Assembly: GCF_056712565.1 (NCBI RefSeq)
Contig: NZ_CM160072.1
Length of the DNA: 64,000 nucleotides
Direction: 5' to 3' (one strand)
Shown: one piece after another, positions 10,598 to 20,825 of the stretch
How positions within the stretch are numbered: position 1 is the first letter of the stretch
Layout: every line of letters begins with the position of its first letter
Position numbers and translations under genes: made by a program
The notes under the pieces: model-generated
What the model saw: only the letters and a program-made list of their open reading frames with translations
The model's database searches: none
Told to the model about the DNA's origin: nothing

Positions 10598-11503
10598 CTA
10601 TATTTCCAGACACCTGTTATCACTTAACCCATTACTGGCTTGCTGCCGTAGATATTCCCGTGGCGAGCGATAACCCAGTGCACTATGCGGATGCCATTCG
10701 TTATAATGCTCGAACGCCTCTGCAAGGTTCTTTGCTGCCGTTAACCCGTCTGGTTTGGGCATGACACTGATGTAGTCACGCTTTATCGTTTTCACGAAGC
10801 TCTCTGCTATGCCGTTACTCTCCGGACTCCGCACCGCCGTGCTCTTCGGTTCAAGCCCCAACATCCGGGCAAACTGCCGTGTTTCATTAGCCCGGTAGCA
10901 TGAACCATTATCCGTCAGCCACTCTACTGGAGACGCCGGAAGCTCGTTGCCGAAGCGGCGTTCCACCGCTCCCAGCATGACGTCCTGTACTGTTTCACTG
11001 TTGAAGCCGCCCGTAGTGACCGCCCAGTGCAGTGCCTCACGGTCACAGCAGTCCAGCGCGAACGTGACTCGCAGTTTTTCTCCGTTATCACAGCGGAACT
11101 CGAACCCGTCAGAGCACCATCGCTGATTACTTTCTTTCACAGCCACTCTGCCTGTATGTGCCCGTTTCGATGGCGGTACAGCAGGTTTTCGCTCAAGCAA
11201 CAGCGCATTCTGGCGCATGATCCGGTAAACACGTTTGGCATTGATCGCAGGCATACCATCAAGTTCTGCCTGTCTGCGAAGCAGCGCCCATACCCGACGA
11301 TAACCATACGTGGGCAGCTCTCCGATAACATGGTGTATACGGAGAAGCACATCCGTATCATCAGTGTGACGACTGCGGCGGCCATCCATCCAGTCATCGG
11401 TTCGTCTGAGAATGACGTGCAACTGCGCACGCGACACCCGGAGACAACGGCTGACTAAGCTTACTCCCCATCCCCGGGCAATAAGGGCGCGTGCGCTATC
11501 CAC
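10598..11503 (-). CDS. insD: IS2 transposase InsD (orfB)
   Basis: 301-aa translation ([34 protein letters not shown]...) recognised as IS2 InsD. Confidence 0.85.
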
Positions 11504-11826
11504 TTTTTTGCCCGTCCATATTCAACGGCTTCTTTGAGGAGTTCATTTTCCATCGTTTTCTTGCCGAGCAGGCGCTGGAGTTCTTTAATCTGCTTCATGG
11601 CGGCAGCAAGTTCAGAGGCAGGAACAACCTGTTCTCCGGCGGCGACAGCAGTAAGACTTCCTTCCTGGTATTGCTTACGCCAGAGAAATAACTGGCTGGC
11701 TGCTACACCATGTTGCCGGGCAACGAGGGAGACCGTCATCCCTGGTTCAAAGCTCTGCTGAACAATTGCGATCTTTTCCTGTGTGGTACGCCGTCTGCGT
11801 TTCTCCGGTCCTAAGACATCAATCAT
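11461..11826 (-). CDS. insC: IS2 transposase InsC (orfA)
   Basis: [49 protein letters not shown]... recognised as IS2 InsC (121 aa). Confidence 0.85.
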
Positions 11827-11875
11827 CTGCTCTCCAATGACTAGTCTAAAAACTAGTATTAAGACTATCACTTAA

Positions 11876-12010
11876 ATAAGTGATAGTCCTGATACAAGTT
11901 TTTAGAGTAGTCATTAGTGAACAGATAATTGTTAACTTAGAACCAGTAAAATGCAAACGACGCACCACGCTGGGAAAATCGCTGCTATTCAGCAGAGTTT
12001 TGTACCGAGA
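11876..12010 (+). mobile_element. diverged IS2-like 5' fragment in mirror orientation (head-to-head with the IS2 copy)
   Basis: Sequence from 11876 mirrors the reverse complement of 11830..11875 with a few mismatches, and ORF 11880..12320 begins MIVLIQVFRVVISEQIIVNLEPVKCKRRTT, a diverged echo of the IS2 InsC leader [30 protein letters not shown]. Confidence 0.6.
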
Positions 12011-12548
12011 ATTGTGGCCAGCCACTTATTGCTCTCGCGTAAGCAGGTATCCCCATCGTTTACCAGTCCAGCACATCTTGTGGTCAGACAGAAGAAGAGC
12101 AAACTGTTACTGGACTCACTGCATGCATGGTGGAGAAAAATGCCACGCTATCCAAAAATCCAGACTGGGTGAATGGTTCAGCTGTGTACTGAATCAGTGG
12201 GGCGCACTCTGTTATTACAGTGTTGACGGTCAGGCGGAGGCAGACATAATGCCGCGGAAAAAGCCCTTTGTGCCATCTGTCTCGGAAATAAAAACTCTTA
12301 TGACCTTTGTCAAATATTAAGCCCAAAAAGACCTTACGCAGCTCCGGGAGCTTCGTTATATCGCGGATTAAAGAACCTGAAACAGTCAGACTGTATCTTG
12401 GATTTTACAAACTCTTATTCGGGGATTTTAGCCCCATGACGATTTACGCAGTGAGCTGGCCTCTTTCTACGTGCAGGTATTAGCGCATTCTGGCTTCCCT
12501 GAATTCTTTTACGAGGATCACTCATTCCGTGTCTGACTGCTTCAGGGT

Positions 12549-13682
12549 TTAATTTTGCTTCTGCTGACTGAATGATGATTGGGCAGCAAGTGCAATATCC
12601 CACATAAATCCAGTCAACTCACGAGCCACCGCCGTAATGGCTACTTGTGATTTTTTCCCTTTTGCTGTCAGACTTCGGTAACGAGAACACAATCGTTGTT
12701 GAGCTTTCCATGCAATATCTTTGGAATATTGTGTTACAGAGTCCGGTCGGTAATATATAAGCCATGCCCCAACTTTTGCAGGTGTACGATAAGACCAGGC
12801 GGCTTCGTAAAGCAGACGTCTCAGTTCGCTGTTTCCAACTTTTGTTATTCCTCTGGGACGAATACTGTTTCCACTGGAATATTCACCTGGCACCAGTCCC
12901 AGAAAAGCCATGAGCTGTTTGGGATTGGAAAATCGCGAAAAATCACCCAGTTCAGCAACCAGAGTTATTGCAATTAGCTGACCAACACCTTTAAGAGCCT
13001 GCAACTGGCAGACCAGATTGCACAGAGACCACTCAGGTAACAGGCGAGATATTTCCTGGTCGAGTTGAAGTATGCGATCTTCAATCTGCTCCAGACTTTG
13101 ACAATAGTGTTGAAAAGCAATCTGTTGAGATGGCTGACTAAATGATTGATTAGCTAACCAGGTTCGATGTTTTCCTGTCCAGTGCTTTCCTGCATAATGT
13201 TTGTCTGTTCGCAATAGCATGCTCAGAATTCGCTGTCGGGCAACTCTGCTGTCTCGTTTAGCTGCTGCACGGGCTCTGATTAGATCCCGCATAGCTTCAT
13301 GAGTCAGGTCAGGGATCCAGACAGGGGTAAGTTCTCCAGCCCGCAGTAACCTGGCGAGAGAAATTGCGTCCCGATGATCATTTTTGATTCTGTCTGTCGG
13401 TGATTTTGGTATGCGGGAAGGGGCAATAACCTGGCATTTTATATTCATCGCTGTGAGTTGATGATATAGCCCAAAACCACAGGGGCCAGCCTCATAGCAG
13501 GAAAGAATGTTTCCGTAAAGTCCCTGCAATTTCTGAAATAATCGACGTACAGCCTGGGCTTCGTTGTTAATCGTACCATAATAACGAACTTCGCCAAGCC
13601 GTTCAGGTGCAGCAATAGCAACCGCCAACGTTTCTTTATGCACATCCAGCCCGACGTAAGCCGCAATATTTTCCGAATGCAT
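12549..13682 (-). CDS. IS110-family transposase/recombinase
   Basis: 377 aa, N-terminal AAYVGLDVHKETLAVAI (DEDD RuvC-like fold) and C-terminal domain typical of the IS110 family. Confidence 0.8.
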   Translation of the reverse strand: MHSENIAAYVGLDVHKETLAVAIAAPERLGEVRYYGTINNEAQAVRRLFQKLQGLYGNILSCYEAGPCGFGLYHQLTAMNIKCQVIAPSRIPKSPTDRIKNDHRDAISLARLLRAGELTPVWIPDLTHEAMRDLIRARAAAKRDSRVARQRILSMLLRTDKHYAGKHWTGKHRTWLANQSFSQPSQQIAFQHYCQSLEQIEDRILQLDQEISRLLPEWSLCNLVCQLQALKGVGQLIAITLVAELGDFSRFSNPKQLMAFLGLVPGEYSSGNSIRPRGITKVGNSELRRLLYEAAWSYRTPAKVGAWLIYYRPDSVTQYSKDIAWKAQQRLCSRYRSLTAKGKKSQVAITAVARELTGFMWDIALAAQSSFSQQKQN

Positions 13683-13769
13683 GATGACCTCCTCTGGAAT
13701 ATCCCACCAATGCTATAGTGAGTATATAAAGGTCATATCATCTTTATGTTCTTCGGCGGCGAGCGCAGT

Positions 13770-13949
13770 GCACTGTTGTATGGGCTTATCGGCACTTGCC
13801 TTCTGAACGACATTGATCCGGAAGCGTATCTGCGCCATATCCTGAGCGTACTGCCGGAATAACCTTCCAACCGTATTGATGAACTCCTGCCATGGAACGT
13901 AGTTCTCACCAATAAATAAGCATCAATATGATTCTCCATTAACGCTTAC
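13770..13949 (+). mobile_element. IS66-family right-end remnant (transposase C-terminus with a 1-bp frameshift, plus terminal repeat)
   Basis: Plus-strand translation ALLYGLIGTCLLNDIDPEAYLRHILSVLPE then, after a frameshift, ...RIDELLPWNVVL; ends at a GTAAGCG-type terminus (about 13943..13949 on the complement); near-identical inverted copy at 47718..47878. Confidence 0.55.
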
Positions 13950-14057
13950 CTTTTCTCAGGCTATTTTTGCTTTTTTTTGCTTTTCCCCGCCACTTTATGG
14001 TGATTATCACATCAATATACATCGATAGATATTAACGTAACTGAAATGAGGTGAAGC

Positions 14058-15272
14058 ATGAAATTTGAACGCCATCATGAAATATTGAAACGACTCAGTA
14101 AATTCGGTTCTGTAAAAGTATCCGATCTGTCCAATAGCCTCAATGTAACGAAAGAAACTATTCGATCAGATCTTAATGAACTTGCCAGGCTTGGCTATCT
14201 GACTCGATGTCATGGCGGTGCTTTTATCGTCCTAGACTCGCTTGATACTATTGCGAAAAATGAAATCGCTTATGCGCTTGAAAATTATGATACAGCCCAG
14301 GGAATAAAAAAAGGCCACTCAACTATGAAAAGTCAAGTATGCGTTATTGGTTCGTTTAATGTTGATATCATCAGTTATTTGCCGAGGCTTCCCACTATCG
14401 GAGAATCGCTTCTGGCAAGTAATTTTATATTTTCACCGGGGGGAAAAGGCTGTAACCAAGCGCTGGCAGCAAGCTTTGCCGATACTGATGTTTATTTCAT
14501 AACAAAAGTAGGTACAGATCACTTTAGTGATTATGCGATCAACTTTATGAATTCGTCTAAGATTTATAAAAGTATAATTTATCAAACGAAAGAAACGCAA
14601 ACCGGAACTGCCACGATCCTTGTTAATGAAGGTACTGGCGATAATGTTATTGCGATCTATCCCGGTGCCAACATGACAATGTCGTCCGATGAAATAACTA
14701 TTCAGAAAGAAGCGATTATTAATTCTGATGTCATACTTCTGCAGCTCGAAACAAATTATACCGCTCTGCAACAAGCGATCACATTGGCGCAAAAAAACAG
14801 TATCCCGGTCATTATTAACCCGGCACCCTATAATGATATCGTCAACGAACTTATTCAGGATGTTGATTATATCACCCCCAATGAAACAGAAGCTGGTTTA
14901 CTGTCCGGCATAGACGTACACGATCTTGAATCAGCTAAACGAGCTGCAGAAGCTATCCACAATAAAGGGGTAAAAAACACGGTTATCACGCTCGGTAGCA
15001 AGGGCTCGCTCGCATTTGATGGCAAAAAATTCATTCATTCGCCAGCGTTTCCAGCGGTCGTTAAAAATACGGCAGGAGCCGGGGATGCTTTTAACGGCGC
15101 TCTGGCATCAGGACTTGCGAAAGGAAAATCACTGGAATCAGCACTGTGTTATGCCAGCGCCTTTGCATCCCTAGCGGTGGAGACAAGCAATGCTTCCGAC
15201 ATGCCTGAACATGAATCTGTGATACATCGAATTCAGAGTATACATTATCAGCAAACTATTTTTACGCATTAA
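14058..15272 (+). CDS. fusion protein: DeoR-type HTH regulator domain + ribokinase/PfkB-family sugar kinase
   Basis: N-terminal DeoR HTH (HEILKRLSKFGSVKVSDLSNSLNVTKETIRSDLNEL), then kinase domain with GG dipeptide (SPGGKGCNQA) and anion-hole motif NTAGAGDAFNGAL. Confidence 0.7.
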   Translation: MKFERHHEILKRLSKFGSVKVSDLSNSLNVTKETIRSDLNELARLGYLTRCHGGAFIVLDSLDTIAKNEIAYALENYDTAQGIKKGHSTMKSQVCVIGSFNVDIISYLPRLPTIGESLLASNFIFSPGGKGCNQALAASFADTDVYFITKVGTDHFSDYAINFMNSSKIYKSIIYQTKETQTGTATILVNEGTGDNVIAIYPGANMTMSSDEITIQKEAIINSDVILLQLETNYTALQQAITLAQKNSIPVIINPAPYNDIVNELIQDVDYITPNETEAGLLSGIDVHDLESAKRAAEAIHNKGVKNTVITLGSKGSLAFDGKKFIHSPAFPAVVKNTAGAGDAFNGALASGLAKGKSLESALCYASAFASLAVETSNASDMPEHESVIHRIQSIHYQQTIFTH

Positions 15273-15285
15273 GAAGGGACAGAGA

Positions 15286-16044
15286 ATGAATAACACCAAA
15301 AAATCACTAAAAGTGCTCTTTATTGGGGAATCCTGGCATATTCATATGATTCATTCAAAAGGATATGACAGTTTTACCTCAAGTAAATATGAAGAAGGTG
15401 CGACCTGGTTACTCCAATGTCTGAAAAATAGTCAGGTAGATGTCACCTATATGCCAGCACATACGGTACAAATTGCCTTCCCTGAAGATGTGGCACAGTT
15501 AGAACAATATGATGCCATCGTTATTAGTGATATTGGTAGTAATACTTTCCTGCTACAAAATGATACTTTTTATCAACTTCGCATAAAACCAAACGCTCTC
15601 GAACTGATTAAAGAATATGTGAATAACGGTGGTGGGTTATTGATGATTGGCGGCTATCTCTCATTCATGGGAATTGAAGCAAAAGCCAATTATAAAAATA
15701 CAGTTCTGGCTGATGTGCTCCCGGTTACGATGTTAGATGGTGACGATCGTGTCGAAAAACCAGAGGGTGTTATTGCACAGCCATCACAACCTGAACATCC
15801 AGTTATTAAAGGGTTCTCTGAATATCCTTTTTTCCTAGGTTATAACCGGGCGATCGCTAAAGAAAATGCTGAGGTGGTATTAACAATAAACAACGATCCA
15901 TTACTGGTCTTTGGTAACTATCACAACGGGAAAATAGCCTGCTTTATGAGTGACTGTTCACCGCACTGGGGTACACAGCAGTTTATGTCCTGGCCGTTCT
16001 ATACCGCGTTGTGGGTAAATATACTGACTCATATTGCAAGATAA
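15286..16044 (+). CDS. ThuA-like / class-I glutamine-amidotransferase-like protein (function unknown)
   Basis: 252-aa cytoplasmic protein; fold assignment by weak pattern recall only. Confidence 0.35.
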   Translation: MNNTKKSLKVLFIGESWHIHMIHSKGYDSFTSSKYEEGATWLLQCLKNSQVDVTYMPAHTVQIAFPEDVAQLEQYDAIVISDIGSNTFLLQNDTFYQLRIKPNALELIKEYVNNGGGLLMIGGYLSFMGIEAKANYKNTVLADVLPVTMLDGDDRVEKPEGVIAQPSQPEHPVIKGFSEYPFFLGYNRAIAKENAEVVLTINNDPLLVFGNYHNGKIACFMSDCSPHWGTQQFMSWPFYTALWVNILTHIAR

Positions 16045-16097
16045 TAATAATGGGGTAACTCCAGTTACCCCATTTACTATAATAGAAGGATTGATGT

Positions 16098-17063
16098 ATG
16101 AAAAAGAATAAGTACTCAACTCCCTTATGGATGCTTGCCACGATTCTTGCGGGTATGCTCTCCCCTATGCAATCAGCGGTGAATGGTCAATTAGGTCACT
16201 GGTTACAGGATGGTAATGCATGCGCAGTTATCTCCTTTGCCAGTGGTTTAGTCGTGATGTTTTTTATTATTATGGCGCGAAAAGAAACCCGGCAACAATT
16301 TGCGGCAATTCCTTCTCTGATTAAAAACCGAAAAGTTCCTCTCTGGAACTGGTTTGCCGGTCTCTGTGGAGCGATGGTGGTATTTTCTGAAGGCGCATCA
16401 GCCAGCGCACTCGGGGTCGCAACGTTTCAAACCGCACTGATCTCCGCGCTATTGCTGTCTGGTTTACTTTGCGATCGCTTTGGTATCGGTGTCGACGAGA
16501 AAAAATACTTTACCCCTTATCGCATCATCGGTGCATTATTTGCGGTTATTGCTACGATTTTTGTTGTGTCACCGCAGTGGCATTCTACCTCTTTCATCTT
16601 ACTTGCCATTCTTCCGTTCTTAGCTGGTTTGCTTGCAGGATGGCAGCCCGCTGGAAATGCAAAAGTAGCTGAAGCTACGGGATCCATGCTGGTTTCAATC
16701 ACCTGGAATTTCATCGTTGGATTTTGTGTTTTAGGCACAGCGCTAGCTATTCGTGTCGCATTAGGGCACGTCACTGTTCAATTACCAGATGTCTGGTGGA
16801 TGTATCTTGGCGGCCCGCTTGGACTAATGTCTATCGGTTTAATGGCCATTTTGGTCAGAGGTCTGGGGTTACTGATGCTGGGGGTTGCTTCAACGGCGGG
16901 CCAGTTACTGGGATCAGTATTGATTGACGTATTAATTCCATCGCTGGGCAATACCGTTTATCTGGTCACGATCATCGGAACACTGTTTGCACTGGTCGGT
17001 GCAATTGTTACCACTATTCCGGAATACAGAACCTCGAAAACAATGAAGAAAATGGAGGTATAA
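16098..17063 (+). CDS. polytopic inner-membrane transporter (DMT-like)
   Basis: 321 aa, about 10 hydrophobic helices, RBS-spaced 50 bp after the preceding gene. Confidence 0.5.
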   Translation: MKKNKYSTPLWMLATILAGMLSPMQSAVNGQLGHWLQDGNACAVISFASGLVVMFFIIMARKETRQQFAAIPSLIKNRKVPLWNWFAGLCGAMVVFSEGASASALGVATFQTALISALLLSGLLCDRFGIGVDEKKYFTPYRIIGALFAVIATIFVVSPQWHSTSFILLAILPFLAGLLAGWQPAGNAKVAEATGSMLVSITWNFIVGFCVLGTALAIRVALGHVTVQLPDVWWMYLGGPLGLMSIGLMAILVRGLGLLMLGVASTAGQLLGSVLIDVLIPSLGNTVYLVTIIGTLFALVGAIVTTIPEYRTSKTMKKMEV

Positions 17064-17065
17064 TC

Positions 17066-18100
17066 ATGAAAGATTATCTACAAACTGTGACGGGCCCCGT
17101 CGCCCGTGAAGATATGGGGCTAACACTTCCTCATGAACATCTGTTCAACGATCTTTCCTCTGTTGTGGATGCTCCTTGCTATCCTTTTTCACAACGGCTT
17201 GTTGATAAAAAAGTCACGGCAGAAATCCAGTGGGCATTAAAACACGATCCTTATTGCTGCGCTGATAATATGGACCGCAAACCTATTGAAGATGTGATCT
17301 TCGAAATTAATAACTTTATCTCGCTCGGTGGTCGCACCATTGTTGATGCCACAGGGTCTGAGTCTATCGGACGAGATGCGCAGGCATTACGAGAAGTCGC
17401 ATTAAAAACAGGTCTGAATATTGTTGCTTCCTCCGGTCCCTACCTGGAAAAATTTGAAAGCCAGAGAATTCATAAAACGGTTGATGAACTGGCGGCAACG
17501 ATCGATAAAGAATTGAATCAAGGGATTGGCGATACGGATATTCGTGCCGGAATGATCGGTGAAATAGGTGTCTCACCGACATTTACCGAAGCCGAGCATA
17601 ACAGCTTGCGGGCTGCCTCGCTGGCACAGATTAACAATCCTCATGTGGCGATGAATATTCACATGCCGGGCTGGCTTCGTCGCGGTGATGAAGTACTCGA
17701 CATTGTGTTAGGTGAAATGGGCGTCTCGCCAAATAAAGTCTCTCTCGCACACTCGGATCCGTCAGGAAAAGACGTGGCGTATCAGCGGAAAATGCTTGAT
17801 AAGGGTGTCTGGCTGGAATTCGACATGATTGGCCTAGACATTACCTTCCCGAAAGAGGGAATAGCGCCAGGGGTGCAGGAGACTGCCGATGCCGTCGCTC
17901 ATCTCATTGAGTTGGGATACGCCGATCAGCTTGTTCTCAGCCACGATGTCTTCCTTAAACAAATGTGGGCTAAAAATGGCGGTAATGGCTGGGGATTTGT
18001 TCCAGATGTTTTTCTGGCCTATCTGGCGGAGCGCGGCGTCGATAAAACGATCCTCAAAAAACTCTGTATCGATAATCCCGGACGATTATTGACCGCATAA
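17066..18100 (+). CDS. phosphotriesterase-family (PTER/Php-like) metal-dependent hydrolase
   Basis: N-terminal GLTLPHEHLFNDLS motif (metal-binding HxH of the phosphotriesterase/amidohydrolase family) and length about 344 aa. Confidence 0.7.
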   Translation: MKDYLQTVTGPVAREDMGLTLPHEHLFNDLSSVVDAPCYPFSQRLVDKKVTAEIQWALKHDPYCCADNMDRKPIEDVIFEINNFISLGGRTIVDATGSESIGRDAQALREVALKTGLNIVASSGPYLEKFESQRIHKTVDELAATIDKELNQGIGDTDIRAGMIGEIGVSPTFTEAEHNSLRAASLAQINNPHVAMNIHMPGWLRRGDEVLDIVLGEMGVSPNKVSLAHSDPSGKDVAYQRKMLDKGVWLEFDMIGLDITFPKEGIAPGVQETADAVAHLIELGYADQLVLSHDVFLKQMWAKNGGNGWGFVPDVFLAYLAERGVDKTILKKLCIDNPGRLLTA

Positions 18101-18106
18101 AACCAT

Positions 18107-18135
18107 TATCCCCCGGCACACTGCGCCGGGGGATG
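18107..18135. terminator. GC-rich hairpin (ccccggcacactgcgccgggg) between convergent units
   Basis: Inverted repeat read in sequence directly after the phosphotriesterase stop codon. Confidence 0.45.
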
Positions 18136-18140
18136 TCAAT

Positions 18141-18300
18141 TAATACCCCGCCGTTAAATCATCCACCAAGCGCGAGTCGGATGCGCCGTACAACTCACCA
18201 TCCGACCCAACCATAATGCTTTGCGTGCTGCCCATCGCCTCATTCAGCGCCACTTTCTGACCTTTTGCTTCCAGCAGCTTGAGCGTATCCGGACTAAACC
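18141..18300 (-). pseudogene. gamma-glutamyltransferase C-terminal fragment (about 53 codons)
   Basis: Reverse-complement translation ...KGQKVALNEAMGSTQSIMVGSDGELYGASDSRLVDDLTAGY* matches the conserved GGT C-terminus; the upstream part of the gene is absent. Confidence 0.6.
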
Positions 18301-18751
18301 CTTTTCAACACGCAGCTAGTCCGGCAACCACTGATGGTGGAAACGAGGCGCATTGGTCGCTTCGGCAACATTCATTCCACAATTGATGCTGTTCACCACC
18401 ATTTGCAGCACGGTAGTGATGATTCAGCTACCGGTAACAAAGTGAGTACATAAAGGCCATACTGTCACGAACAGTGCAAAAGTGGCTCTTCCGCAACCTA
18501 GGTGAAGATTTTCATGCCAGTGGACTCATTACCCTCCGCCTAAGTAGTTCAAATCCGGCTCGACCATACATCTGGCGTATCAGCACCTTCAGGCGATTTA
18601 CATGACCTTCGACAACACCATTACTCCAGCGACTGCTGATTGCCTCACATATAGCCGCAGCATCAGCTTCCATCCCCGCAGCTACGCACCGAAGTTCTGC
18701 TGAGCCGCTTTCGTGAACTCGAGTGAACCAGCTGCTTAGCTGTGATTTATT

Positions 18752-20131
18752 TTAGGTTTTCAGAATACGGTAGAACTCGAGTACCAGTTGCTGTGCTATT
18801 TTCAACTCCGGTTCTTTTTCACACATCAGACTAATAAATCGGGATGCATAATTTTCTTCGCCCCTGATTATTCTCCAGGGCATCAACCAGCGGCTTACCC
18901 GGGACACTGAAGGAAGTCTTGCGGCAGTAGTAACCGGTGGGTTCCAGCCTTTACGCCATTTGGCAACAGTATCCCTGACGATGGTTTCACTGCCTGTCCC
19001 CCCCTGGGCCACCATTTCCCGCCATATCCGGCTGGCATTATAATTACCACTTTCTCGTTGCTCTTTTAACCACTCCCTCCATGGGTCCAGAAGCCCTCGC
19101 TTTGGAGGCCGGGTTGACATTTCAGGGAATGTTCCTGAACGCACCCAGCGACTGACTGTCACTCGCGACAGGCCTGTAATACGGGATATTTCCCTGAAAC
19201 TACATCCCTTGTTATGCAGGGCCATAACCTCTGTCCAATGCTGATGCCGTTTTTTGCGGGTTTGCTGTTTAAGGCGTTCCGGACGACGGAGCGATGCTAC
19301 AGGCACAGATATTTCTGGCTCAGGTGATTTATTCAGTGATAACTCTCTGACAACAAGACGTATCAGAGGCATATGTCTGTACATCATTCGTTCAGGCTCA
19401 TCACCAATACTTTTTAGCAGGTGCCATCGATCGGCCACCTGTCTGGCCTGAGGTGCACCTTCACGTGCTGCTGTCGCATAGACTCCACTGCGATCACGCG
19501 AGACAACCTGTATTTCCGGATATTTTCTGAACCAGGTCGCCAGCGTACGCTGATCACGGCCGGGAAGCAGGACGAGGGGACGGTGAGTATCAAGATTGAC
19601 TATTAACATACCGCAGCAGTGGCCCCGATGCCACGCCCACTCATCAATACCGACATGAGGCGCGCCTGACTGTTTCGTCTCCGGGGTATTGATAACCCTG
19701 CGAAGAAGAGTATCAGCACTGCAACGGAGACCCGCTGCCGTTGCAGCCCGTTTTCCAGCCTCACCTCCAGCTATTAATCCCAGTTGACGTTGTAAATTTT
19801 GTAACGCCTGTGAAGACTGCTGGTGTGAACCGGCGAAGGGAGCAAGCGACTCGGCAAAAATTTTACGTTAACAAGCCGGGTTACGGCAGTACCAGTGGCG
19901 GACGGAAAATACAAGCCATAGCGTCTGCCCTGAGCAGGGTAGATGCTGTATCCGGCGCCGACGACAACTATGAACAGAGTCGCTACGCTTAAAGCATTCA
20001 GGACATTGTGCTGTTTTGCGTTTTCCGTGGAGATGGAGGGTTATACCGTCAGAGCTAATAATTTGTCGACTGCATCGCCATCCGCAAGGTAACTGTAGAA
20101 GTGTCTTAAGAGAGTGCATTGCGTTGCCCAT
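18752..20131 (-). pseudogene. degenerate ISL3-family transposase (fragments 18752..19609 and 19868..20131)
   Basis: N-terminal zinc-ribbon piece (CPECFKRSDSVHSCRRRRIQHLPCSGQ) and a central/C-terminal piece in another frame; no intact ORF. Confidence 0.55.
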
Positions 20132-20414
20132 AACTTAAAACAGCTTAGATCCTTGTTCGCCAGAAAGTTTCATCCATTTTCTTCCACCCAGGTTGCGGAA
20201 GAACCACTTTTCATCCGTCGTTGACAGATGTGAAGTATGCGGGAGAAAAAGTGAATATCTAACTGTAATAACTCAGACCGGTACGAGTACCCGGGACGTC
20301 TACAATCATTCAGGGCAAAGTGCTAAAATTTCTCTATCCCGGGATGCCCCTACCAACGCAGCACTCCCGGAGATATCATTACAGCTCTACAACTGATTTC
20401 CGCGACTGAACCGC

Positions 20415-20825
20415 TCAGTTCCTATCCTTCCAGTTGCCTTCCTGCAGCCCCCCCTCCCTGCTGTATACCCCGGTACCACAACGCGGGCAGCACTTTTCTC
20501 CTTCATAATCTTCGTCACACATCACACAAAACCACTTTCTCACCTTCACCGTATAATCCGGAACCGTCATACCCTGCAGATGCAAACGACGGGCCTCTTT
20601 CTCTGCCGGGTCAAGCCAGGTGCATCGCAGCAGGATTTTCTCAGCGACAGTCATCTGGTCATGTTCAAACCACGGTGGTTGTCCGTCATTGCCCCGCTGA
20701 AGTGTTAACGGGCATCCACAGGACACACAGCACAAAACGTCCTGGCGGTTGTGCTTCGCTGCTTCTTTCGCCGTAACAAAATGGCCTTTGCTGTCATTCG
20801 CCATATAACAGTTCAGAATTCGCAT
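20415..20825 (-). CDS. Cys-rich zinc-ribbon protein (paralog 2 of a tandem pair)
   Basis: AGGAGG 4 nt upstream of ATG at 20825; shares the pattern C-x2-C ... PWFEH ... C-x2-C with the upstream gene. Confidence 0.5.
   Translation of the reverse strand: MRILNCYMANDSKGHFVTAKEAAKHNRQDVLCCVSCGCPLTLQRGNDGQPPWFEHDQMTVAEKILLRCTWLDPAEKEARRLHLQGMTVPDYTVKVRKWFCVMCDEDYEGEKCCPRCGTGVYSREGGLQEGNWKDRN

Larger units (their letters stand above)
10587..11875 (-). mobile_element. IS2 (IS3 family) copy lacking its outermost left-end ~40 bp
   Basis: Right end tggatttgcccctatatttccagaca at 10587; encodes InsC and InsD; the left end stops at the internal palindrome around 11863..11888. Confidence 0.8.

Noticed and set aside
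11027-11458. 143-aa and 97-aa ORFs antisense to IS2 insD
   Set aside because: Antisense to a recognised transposase gene; IS2 is not known to encode a protein there.
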